DNA from: Myxococcota bacterium
GTDB taxonomy: Bacteria > Myxococcota > XYA12-FULL-58-9 > JALHOP01
Reading direction: 5' to 3'
DNA: 31,482 nt
NCBI GenBank assembly: GCA_041288095.1
Contig: JBGGMJ010000166.1
Location: 1 to 31,482 of the forward strand
Both the position numbers and the translations under genes were made by a program. Under the pieces are notes generated by a model. That model worked only from the letters and a program-made list of their open reading frames with translations, ran no database searches and was not told the DNA's origin. This document shows positions 18,215 through 25,889 of this stretch, piece by piece; position 1 is the first letter of the stretch; each line of letters opens with the position of its first letter.

Positions 18215-19259
18215 CCGCTTGAACCTAGAGCGCGAAGCCGCGGCGGTGAGGTCGCGGATCGATGCCGAGCGCTTGAGCGGACGCGAGTCCGTTGAGCTCT
18301 CGCACCGCATCGAAGCCAGCTTGAGCGGCGAGCGCCAGGGGTGGCGCGTCGCGTTCGCGGCTAGCGGCGTTCTCTGCGTCATCGCCCTCTGGCTGGTCGT
18401 CGCCCTACGTCCGCCCCAGCGGAATGAGCAAGACTGCATGCGCGAGCACGCCGGCTTCATCGACATCGATCCCGCGTGCAGGGGGCCCGTCAGCATCGAG
18501 CGGGGCGGCGACGTCATCCTCGCTCACGCCGGCGCTCATCTCGAAGAGAGCGCGCAAGGCATGCGTGTCCGCCATGGCAAAGTGAGCTTCGTGGTGCAGA
18601 AGCGTGAGCGCGGCGCCACCATGCGCGTCCTGGTGTCGCACGGCGCCATCGAGGTGGTCGGCACCCGCTTCACCGTCACCCAGGAGGATCAGGGCGGCAA
18701 GGTGAAGCTCGAAGAGGGCAGCATCAAGTTCCACTGGCTCGGCGGCGACGAGAGCACCGTGGTGCCGGGTGAGGAGCTCGAATGGCCGCCGCGTCCCAAG
18801 CCTACGCCGGTGACCCTCGACGACATCCCGCTCGATGCACCGGTGGAGGTCGTGGCGCCGCCGAAGCCGCAAGCACCCGCGAAGGCGCCGCGGCCGACTC
18901 CGCCGAAACCGCCGGAGGCGCCGAAGGAAGAAAAGCCGGAAGAGCAGGCCGCCGAAGCGGACGAGCCGAGCGGACCGATGCTCATGGAAGACGTGCTCAA
19001 GAAGATGTCGACGCTGCGCAGCCAGCACCGCTATCGCGAAGCGGTCGAGTTGCTTCGAGCGCAGAGTGACCGCGGTGACTTCAGTGGTCTTCAGCAGGCG
19101 CGGTTGTCGTTCGAGATTGGTCTGCTCCTGCAAGATCGCATGGACGACAAAGCCGGCGCCTGCGCGCAATGGAAGCAGCACGCCCGCCGCTATCCCGATG
19201 ACGCGAGCCACGCCGACCGGGTGCAGGAGTACATCCGAGCTTGCGAGGAAGCTCCTTGA
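18207..19259 (+). CDS. FecR-domain transmembrane anti-sigma factor (copy 1) with C-terminal TPR-like helices
   Basis: Short cytoplasmic N-domain, one TM, FecR motifs VRHGKVSFVV, IEVVGTRFTV, VKLEEGSI, VVPGE; Pro/Glu linker; helical C-domain HARRYPD. Confidence 0.85.
   Translation: MASRLNLEREAAAVRSRIDAERLSGRESVELSHRIEASLSGERQGWRVAFAASGVLCVIALWLVVALRPPQRNEQDCMREHAGFIDIDPACRGPVSIERGGDVILAHAGAHLEESAQGMRVRHGKVSFVVQKRERGATMRVLVSHGAIEVVGTRFTVTQEDQGGKVKLEEGSIKFHWLGGDESTVVPGEELEWPPRPKPTPVTLDDIPLDAPVEVVAPPKPQAPAKAPRPTPPKPPEAPKEEKPEEQAAEADEPSGPMLMEDVLKKMSTLRSQHRYREAVELLRAQSDRGDFSGLQQARLSFEIGLLLQDRMDDKAGACAQWKQHARRYPDDASHADRVQEYIRACEEAP
18438..18467 (+). repeat. 30-bp exact repeat shared by the two FecR paralogs (second copy 21557-21586)
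   Basis: ATGCGCGAGCACGCCGGCTTCATCGACATC (MREHAGFIDI) occurs in both genes. Confidence 0.9.
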
Positions 19260-20524
19260 GGCGCGTCGCGCTGTTCGCCGTGCTCGCGTCGGCCTGCGGG
19301 ACCTATCGCTTCCAGCACGGGCCGGAAGACCAAGACGAGCTGGTCACTTGCCCACCATGCGCTCTTCCGGAGGTCTGCGACGAGTCGCGCCATGTTTGCA
19401 GCACCGCGACCCTCACCTGGGAGGAGCTCGGCGGGTCGGCGACGGGCAGCGGCGTCAGCGGCACGGGCGCGCAGGACGTCGCCGTCGCGGTCACGGCGGA
19501 AGGCAATCCCGTGGTTGCCTGGTCCGCGGGCGACGAGATCTTCGCGAGCCGATGGACCGGAGCCGCCTGGGAGCAGCTTGGCAGCGGCGTGAGCTTGAGC
19601 GCGGCGGTTTCCGAGGAACCGGCGATCGCAATCGACGGAGTGGGGCGCGTGCTCGTTGCCTGGACCGAAGGCAGCGACATGGCCAAGGACATCTATCTGC
19701 GCCGCTGGGATGGCAGCGCCTGGCAGGAGCTCGACGGCTCCGCGCAAGGCGCGGGCATCAGCGGAATCGGCCTGACCTCGATGCAGCCGCAGCTCGCGGT
19801 CACTCCGAGCGACGAGCCGGTCGTGGCGTGGCTCGAGGACACCGGCCCGACCGCTTGGGAGATCTACGCGCGACGTTTCGACGGCGCCGATTGGCGCGAA
19901 TATGACGGTTCGGCGCAGGGCGATGGCTTGAGCAAGGCATCGGTAACCGCCTGGAACCCGTCACTCGCAGTCCGCGATAGCGGTAATCCGTGCGTGGCTT
20001 GGAGCGCCGGCGACACGACCGTCGACATGCGTCTGCGCTGCTGGAATGGCACGACCTGGCTCGCGCTCGGGCCTTCGGCAGACCCCGGTGGCATTTCGCC
20101 GACGACCTCGCATGCCTTCAACTCATCGCTTGCTATCGACGGCCTGGGGCGCGCTTGGGTGTCGTGGCGCGGCAATGCCGAAGGTCGCTGGGAAGCCTAT
20201 CTGCGCTACTTCGAGAATGGTGCTTGGCGTGAGCTCGCGGGATCCGCTCAAGTGAGCGGTGACATCGCCGCGTCCGATCACGTCAAATTGGCCATGAGCT
20301 CGAGCGACCGTCCCGTCGTGGCGTGGTTGCAAGACACCGGCGTTGGCCGAACGGTCGCGATGCGCTTCTGGACGGGCGACGAGTGGGTCGACCTTGCGGA
20401 ACCCGGCAATGAAATCTCGGCGGTAGGCTCCATCGACGTCATGAAAGTCGCAGTCGCCTCCGGGGGTTCGGTGATCGCAACGTGGATCGACGGGGCCCGC
20501 GTGTACCTCAAGCGCCTGCGCTAG
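19256..20524 (+). CDS. Lipoprotein with Cys-rich N-module and seven ~50-58 aa Trp-rich repeats (probable 7-bladed beta-propeller)
   Basis: TTG start overlapping the FecR stop; lipobox ASAC; repeat consensus WxELxGSAxGxGIS...PxLA...GxPVVAW...IYxRRWxGxxW. Confidence 0.8.
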   Translation: MRRVALFAVLASACGTYRFQHGPEDQDELVTCPPCALPEVCDESRHVCSTATLTWEELGGSATGSGVSGTGAQDVAVAVTAEGNPVVAWSAGDEIFASRWTGAAWEQLGSGVSLSAAVSEEPAIAIDGVGRVLVAWTEGSDMAKDIYLRRWDGSAWQELDGSAQGAGISGIGLTSMQPQLAVTPSDEPVVAWLEDTGPTAWEIYARRFDGADWREYDGSAQGDGLSKASVTAWNPSLAVRDSGNPCVAWSAGDTTVDMRLRCWNGTTWLALGPSADPGGISPTTSHAFNSSLAIDGLGRAWVSWRGNAEGRWEAYLRYFENGAWRELAGSAQVSGDIAASDHVKLAMSSSDRPVVAWLQDTGVGRTVAMRFWTGDEWVDLAEPGNEISAVGSIDVMKVAVASGGSVIATWIDGARVYLKRLR

Positions 20525-20525
20525 A

Positions 20526-20551
20526 GGAAAGATCGCCGATGGCCGCGCATG
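20526..20551 (+). promoter_or_regulatory. Candidate ECF-sigma promoter copy 3 (GGAAAGATCG-N10-CGCATG)
   Basis: Intergenic, same GAAA-N15-CGCATG spacing, 11 nt before ATG 20563. Confidence 0.5.
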
Positions 20552-20562
20552 GAGGTGATGCC

Positions 20563-21378
20563 ATGCGCATCGCCCCCGTCCTCTTCCTCTCGTTGCTGCC
20601 ACGTATGTCCGCGGCGGCGGTCAATGAGCCGGGCTTCCTGCAGGAACGCTGGACCGGCATCGAGGGGCGCAACGTCGCCGATTTCACCGATGACGCATCG
20701 TTCGACGGGCCCCCGGACAGCACCGCCATTCTCTCCGACCTCGATACCGGCGCCGACACCGGCGACTACTTCGGTGAGCGCATCAGCGGGTATCTGCGGC
20801 CGACGGTCAGCGGCGACTACCGCTTTTGCGTCGCCGGCGACGACCAAGCAGTCTTGTACCTCTCGAGCGACGAGCAGCCGGCTAACGCCGTCGTCGTCGC
20901 CTCGCTCCCGCCTCTGGGCTACAGCAACCCAGGCGACTGTGACGCTTACCCAGAACAGCGATCACAGGCCGTCCGGCTCGAGGCGGGAGCGCCTTACTAC
21001 ATCATGGTTCTCCACAAGGAGAACTTCGGCGGCGATAACCTATCCGCGAAATGGTCGGGACCGGGCATCAGCGAGTCCGTGATCACGGATAGCCACGTCA
21101 CCGTGACCAACGACCAGGACGAGGCTCCCGAAGCGGAGACGCCCGAAGAGGACGACGAAGAGCCGCTCACACCGCCGAGCGCGCCGACGACGCGGCCGGC
21201 GACACCGGCTCCGGTCGATGAGGACAGCGCCGGCAAGCGGGTCGACGGCAACGTCCTCACCTGCGCGGCATGGCACCCCGATCCGTCTTGCATCGTCCTG
21301 CTCTTGGCGGCAGTGGGCCGAGTTTGTAGAAAGAGAGCCGATGGGCGACTTTCGACGCCAGGCAGACATCGCGACTAG
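20563..21378 (+). CDS. PA14-domain (carbohydrate-binding) surface protein with acidic/Pro linker and Myxo-CTERM-like tail
   Basis: GGAGG SD; signal peptide; FGERISGYLRPTVSGDYRFCVAGDDQAVLYLSSD, VRLEAGAPYYIMVLHKENFGGDNLSAKWSGPG; tail ...TCAA...IVLLLAAVGRVCRKR. Confidence 0.85.
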   Translation: MRIAPVLFLSLLPRMSAAAVNEPGFLQERWTGIEGRNVADFTDDASFDGPPDSTAILSDLDTGADTGDYFGERISGYLRPTVSGDYRFCVAGDDQAVLYLSSDEQPANAVVVASLPPLGYSNPGDCDAYPEQRSQAVRLEAGAPYYIMVLHKENFGGDNLSAKWSGPGISESVITDSHVTVTNDQDEAPEAETPEEDDEEPLTPPSAPTTRPATPAPVDEDSAGKRVDGNVLTCAAWHPDPSCIVLLLAAVGRVCRKRADGRLSTPGRHRD

Positions 21379-22369
21379 ACACGCGCGGAGCACGGACGAC
21401 GCTCTCCTCGAAGGGCTGCGTCACGAGAAGGCTGCTCTCCATGGCGCTCGCCGTGGCCTCGCCATCGGCCTGATTGCCGGCGGCATCGTCCTCGCGGCCG
21501 GCGTTTGGCTCTTCGTTGCCTTCCGGCCGTCGAACGCGGGCGATCCCAACGCATGTATGCGCGAGCACGCCGGCTTCATCGACATCAAGCCGTCCTGCGC
21601 CGCACCGGTCAGCATCGAGCGCGATGGCGATGTGATCTTGGCGCATCCCGGCGTTTCACTCGAAGAGCGCGGCAGCGGCTGGCGCGTCCGGCACGGCACG
21701 GCGAGCTTCGCCGCGCGAGCGCGCACCGATGGTAACGCGCTGCGCGTCTTGGTTTCCCACGGGGTCATCGCGATCACCGGGACGCGCTTCACCGTCGTTC
21801 AAGAAGAAGGCAAGGGCCGCGTGAAGGTCGACGAGGGAACCGTCGTCTTTCATGACGACGACGGTACCGATGTGCCGCTCACGGCGGGCTCCGAGCTCAC
21901 CTGGCCGCGCCCGCCGACCGCGGAGGTCGTGGTGCTGAACGCGATTCCTCTGACGGGGCCGAAGCCGCCCGCGGCGAGAGCGGGTGTACCGCGGGGTGCG
22001 GTGGCGAGGGCGAATGAAGCGGCGGCCGCCGACGAAGAAGAGGAAGACGAAGAAGAGGTCGAAGAAGAAGAAGCGCCGCCGACGGGCGTGCTGTCGATGG
22101 AAGACATCTTGAAGCGCATCTCGACGCTGCGCCGCCAGAAACGTCCACGCGAAGCGGTCGAGCTCTTGCTCTCCCAGAGCCAACGCGGCGACATCACTCC
22201 GGCGCAGATGGCGCGGCTCTCGTGGGAGATTGGCCTCTTCCTGCAGGACAGCGGTGAAAGAGCCGCGACGTGCAATCACTGGAAGAACCACGCGCGCAAG
22301 TATCCCGACGACGCCGCGCACTCCGACCGCGTGCGCGAGCTCATCAAGACGTGCGAAACGAGCCAGTGA
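21341..22369 (+). CDS. FecR-domain transmembrane anti-sigma factor (copy 2), paralog of 18207-19259
   Basis: One TM; CMREHAGFIDI, VSIERDGDVILAH, RVLVSHG, ITGTRFTV, VDEGTV; poly-Glu linker; MEDILKRISTLR...HARKYPDD. ATG 21341 preferred. Confidence 0.85.
   Translation: MGDFRRQADIATRHARSTDDALLEGLRHEKAALHGARRGLAIGLIAGGIVLAAGVWLFVAFRPSNAGDPNACMREHAGFIDIKPSCAAPVSIERDGDVILAHPGVSLEERGSGWRVRHGTASFAARARTDGNALRVLVSHGVIAITGTRFTVVQEEGKGRVKVDEGTVVFHDDDGTDVPLTAGSELTWPRPPTAEVVVLNAIPLTGPKPPAARAGVPRGAVARANEAAAADEEEEDEEEVEEEEAPPTGVLSMEDILKRISTLRRQKRPREAVELLLSQSQRGDITPAQMARLSWEIGLFLQDSGERAATCNHWKNHARKYPDDAAHSDRVRELIKTCETSQ
22031..22072 (+). repeat. Low-complexity GAA/GAG run encoding acidic linker DEEEEDEEEVEEEE
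   Basis: GACGAAGAAGAGG occurs twice, followed by (GAA)4. Confidence 0.7.
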
Positions 22370-22419
22370 CACAGCGGTTCGACTTCGTCTTGGAGTCGTG
22401 ATTAGCCTCGGGCCGCCGC

Positions 22420-24021
22420 ATGACACGCATCGAAAGCGCGCTCGATAAGGGCAGCAAGGACTTCGAAGGCAATCGCAAGGCGATGCTCGCGCTGCTCGAC
22501 GAGGTGCGCGAGGTCCATCGTCATATCGCGCTCGCGTCGGAGCGCAGCGCCGCCAAGTTCAAGGAGCGTGGGCAGTTGTTGCCGCGCGAGCGCCTGCAGG
22601 TGCTCCTCGATCCGGGCAGCGACTTCATCGAGCTCTGTCCGTTCGCCGGCTACGGCATGCACGATGACGACGGCAAGGAACGTCTCGAAGGCGGCAGCTC
22701 GATCACCGGCATTGGTTTCGTCGAAGGCGTGCGCTGCGCCATCTCCGTGTCCGACAGCGGCATCAAGGGCGGCGCCATCTCCCCGCAGGGGATGCGCAAG
22801 CTGCTGCGCATCCAAGAAGTGGCCGCCGACAACAAGCTACCGCTCGTGTCGCTCGTCGAGAGCGCGGGAGCGAACCTTCTGCATCAAGCCGAGATGTTCG
22901 TCGAAGGCGGGCGCACGTTCGCCAATCAAGCGCGTCTGTCAGCCGCGGGCATTCCGCAAATCACCGTGGTGCACGGTTCCTCGACGGCGGGCGGCGCGTA
23001 CATGCCCGGCCTCTCCGACGTGGTCATCGTGGTGCGCGAGCGCGCCAAGATCTTCCTCGCTGGTCCTCCGCTCTTGCGGGCAGCGACCGGAGAGATCGCG
23101 ACCGACGAAGAGCTGGGTGGCGCCGAGCTACACGCCGGTGTCACCGGGCTCGCCGAACATATCGCCGCCGACGATTACCAAGCGATCGTTTTGGCGCGCG
23201 AGGTCGTCAGCAAGCTCGGCTGGGACAAGGCGGCGCCGCTCGCCGACACGAAACCGCCGCGCTATCCGCCCGACGAGCTCGCTGGTCTCACGCCCGTTGA
23301 CTACAAGAAGCCGTACGACGCGCGCGAGCTCATCGCCCGCATCGTCGACGACTCGGATTTCCTCGAGGTCAAAGCCGCCTACGGCAGCGACACGGTGTGT
23401 GGACGGGCCTACGTCCATGGCGTTGCCTGTGGCTTCATCGGCAATAACGGACCGATCACGCCGGCCGGCGCCACCAAGGCGGCGCAATTCATCCAGCAGT
23501 GCAATCAAACGCGCACACCGATCTGCTTCCTGCAGAACACCACCGGCTACATGGTGGGCACCGAGGCGGAGCGTGCCGGCATCGTCAAGCACGGCTCGAA
23601 GATGATTCAGGCGGTCGCCTGCTCGCGCGTCCCGCACGTGACCTTCCTGGTGGGCGGTGCTTTCGGCGCTGGGAACTACGGCATGTGCGGCCGCGCCTAC
23701 GACCCGCGCTTCATCTTCGCCTGGCCGAACGCGCGCACCGCGGTCATGGGGCCCGAGCAAGCCGCGACCGTCATGGCGATCCTCGCCGAGGAACGGGCGC
23801 GCCGCACCGGCGAGAAGGTCGACGTCGAGGCCATCAAGTCGAACATCATCGGCGCCATGGAGCCGCAGACGCGGGCGCTCTTCGCGTCCGCTCGCTTGTG
23901 GGACGACGGCATCATCGACCCGCGCCACACTCGCTTCATCTTGGCATTCGCGCTCGCGACTTGCCGCGAGGCCGAGTCGCGCGTCTTGCAGCCGTCGACC
24001 TTCGGCGTGGCGAGGATGTGA
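22420..24021 (+). CDS. atuC: Acyl-CoA carboxylase carboxyltransferase (beta) subunit, geranyl-CoA carboxylase AtuC-like
   Basis: RGQLLPRERLQVLLDPGS, VESAGANL, HGSSTAGGAYMPGLSD, LQNTTGYMVG, GAGNYGMCGRAYDPRF, C-terminal FGVARM. Confidence 0.85.
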   Translation: MTRIESALDKGSKDFEGNRKAMLALLDEVREVHRHIALASERSAAKFKERGQLLPRERLQVLLDPGSDFIELCPFAGYGMHDDDGKERLEGGSSITGIGFVEGVRCAISVSDSGIKGGAISPQGMRKLLRIQEVAADNKLPLVSLVESAGANLLHQAEMFVEGGRTFANQARLSAAGIPQITVVHGSSTAGGAYMPGLSDVVIVVRERAKIFLAGPPLLRAATGEIATDEELGGAELHAGVTGLAEHIAADDYQAIVLAREVVSKLGWDKAAPLADTKPPRYPPDELAGLTPVDYKKPYDARELIARIVDDSDFLEVKAAYGSDTVCGRAYVHGVACGFIGNNGPITPAGATKAAQFIQQCNQTRTPICFLQNTTGYMVGTEAERAGIVKHGSKMIQAVACSRVPHVTFLVGGAFGAGNYGMCGRAYDPRFIFAWPNARTAVMGPEQAATVMAILAEERARRTGEKVDVEAIKSNIIGAMEPQTRALFASARLWDDGIIDPRHTRFILAFALATCREAESRVLQPSTFGVARM

Positions 24022-25889
24022 TGCATCGCTTGCTCATCGCCAATCGCGGCGAGATTGCCTGCCGCATCATTCGCACCGCGAAGCAGATGGGGCTGCACAC
24101 CATCGCCATCTTCAGCGACGCCGACGAAGGCGCGCTGCATACCCAGCTCGCCGACGAATCGATTCACCTGGGGTCCAGGGAAGGCGGGTACCTGGACATC
24201 GCGCGCATCGTCGAAGCAGCCGACTCGACACGCGCCGACGCCATTCATCCCGGCTACGGGTTCCTCTCGGAGAACGCCGAATTCGCGCGGGCCTGCGAAG
24301 AAGCCGACATGATCTTCGTCGGCCCACCTGCGTCCGCTATAGAGGTCATGGGCGGCAAGGTCGCCGCGAAGACCTCGGTCGCGAAGCTTGGCGTCCCGGT
24401 CTTGCCGTGGACGACCGCCGGCTCCATCGACGACCTTACGGCGCTCGCGGGCAGGGTCGGGTTCCCGATGATGATCAAGGCGTCGGCGGGCGGCGGCGGC
24501 CGCGGCTTGCGGCGCGTCGACGATCTCGAAGCCTTGAAGCGTGAGCTGCCGCGCGCCAAGAGCGAAGCCGAGCGAGCGTTCGCCGACGGCGAGCTCATGC
24601 TCGAGCGCGCCCTCGACGGCGCCAGACACGTCGAGATCCAGATCTTCGCCGACCGACATGGGAACGTCGTGCACCTGGGCGAGCGCGACTGTTCGCTGCA
24701 ACGCCGGCACCAGAAGGTCATCGAGGAAGCACCGGCGGTCGACGACGAGCTGCGCGCGGCCATGGGGAGCGCCGCGGTCGCGGCGGCCAAGGGCATCGGC
24801 TACGTGGGCGCGGGCACCGTCGAGTTCCTGCTCGCGGGACGCGAATTCTACTTCCTCGAGATGAACACGCGCTTGCAGGTCGAGCACCCAGTGACCGAGG
24901 AAATCACCGGCCTCGACCTCGTGGCGCTGCAGCTCGCGGTCGCGGCGGGTGAGCCGCTGCCGTTCGAACAGGACGATGTCAGCTACAACGGACACGCGAT
25001 CGAGGCGCGCCTCTACGCCGAAGACGCGAGCTTCGTGCCGCAAAGCGGCCGCATCACCCAGTGGATCCCTCCCCCCGGCGTGCGCGTCGACCATGGGATC
25101 GCCGTCGGACAGATGGTCACGACGGACTACGACGCCATGCTCGCGAAGATCATCGTGCACGCGCCGACACGGCCACACGCGCTCGCGAAGCTCCAGAATG
25201 CGCTGGCCGAGCTGGTCGTGCACGGCATCACCACGAATCGCGACTTTCTCTACGGGCTCGTGAGCAGCGATGTGATGCAGAACGCGCAGGCCACGACGCG
25301 GACCCTCGATGCGCTCGCGTTGCCCAAGTTTTCGGCCACCGACGACTTCAAGGCCGTCGCGGCCGCGTTGATCGCCGGCCGGCCCGCGGTTGGCTTCCGG
25401 GTGCTCGGCCGGGGAGTCGACCGCGTGCGCTTCGCCGTGGGCGACGAGGTCGTCGAGACCAAGGTCGTTGGCGACTACGTCTTCTTGGGCGACCAGGAGA
25501 TCGGCATCGATATCCTTCCGAGCAAGGTGCGCATCAGCGGCATCGAGCATCGCTTGTTCGTGACCCGGACCGCCGACCGTTTCGACCTCACTGTCGGCTA
25601 CGAAACCTACGTGGTGACGAAGCTGCCGCTCATCGAGCCCAAAGTGACCATGAACGCCGCGCGCCGCGAGGTGGTGGCGCCCATGAGCGGCAAGGTCATC
25701 AGCGTGGCCGCGAAGTCCGGTGACCGGGTCGCCGCTGGTGCCTTGTTGTTCGTGCTCGAGGCCATGAAGATGCAACACGAGGTGCGGGCGCCGCAGGCCT
25801 CGGTGGTCAGCTCGGTGCGGGCATCGCCGGGCGGTCAGGTCGCCGCGCGCAGCGTGCTCGCCATGCTCGAGCCGGAGGAGGCAACGTGA
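24021..25889 (+). CDS. Biotin carboxylase / biotin-carrier (alpha) subunit, AtuF/LiuD-like
   Basis: ATG 24021 overlapping the upstream TGA; LIANRGEIA, IHPGYGFLSEN, GGGGRG, ERDCSLQRRHQK, FLEMNTRLQVEHPVTE, biotinylation site EAMKM. Confidence 0.93.
   Translation: MHRLLIANRGEIACRIIRTAKQMGLHTIAIFSDADEGALHTQLADESIHLGSREGGYLDIARIVEAADSTRADAIHPGYGFLSENAEFARACEEADMIFVGPPASAIEVMGGKVAAKTSVAKLGVPVLPWTTAGSIDDLTALAGRVGFPMMIKASAGGGGRGLRRVDDLEALKRELPRAKSEAERAFADGELMLERALDGARHVEIQIFADRHGNVVHLGERDCSLQRRHQKVIEEAPAVDDELRAAMGSAAVAAAKGIGYVGAGTVEFLLAGREFYFLEMNTRLQVEHPVTEEITGLDLVALQLAVAAGEPLPFEQDDVSYNGHAIEARLYAEDASFVPQSGRITQWIPPPGVRVDHGIAVGQMVTTDYDAMLAKIIVHAPTRPHALAKLQNALAELVVHGITTNRDFLYGLVSSDVMQNAQATTRTLDALALPKFSATDDFKAVAAALIAGRPAVGFRVLGRGVDRVRFAVGDEVVETKVVGDYVFLGDQEIGIDILPSKVRISGIEHRLFVTRTADRFDLTVGYETYVVTKLPLIEPKVTMNAARREVVAPMSGKVISVAAKSGDRVAAGALLFVLEAMKMQHEVRAPQASVVSSVRASPGGQVAARSVLAMLEPEEAT

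Noticed and set aside
19400..20400. Periodic DNA similarity that might suggest a CRISPR or tandem array
   Set aside because: Degenerate in-frame protein repeats of the propeller lipoprotein; no identical repeats with unique spacers and no cas genes.
18438..21586. 30-bp exact repeat as a template/variable repeat (DGR) or mobile-element end
   Set aside because: Lies in the same coding position of two full-length paralogs; no reverse transcriptase or recombinase and no adenine-specific mismatch pattern.
23499..24020. Apparent 174-aa N-terminal extension of the biotin carboxylase (796-aa ORF)
   Set aside because: Off-frame read of atuC; the real start is ATG 24021 overlapping the atuC stop.
23697..25778. 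693-aa minus-strand ORF opposite the biotin carboxylase
   Set aside because: Antisense in-register shadow; the plus strand carries all the conserved motifs.
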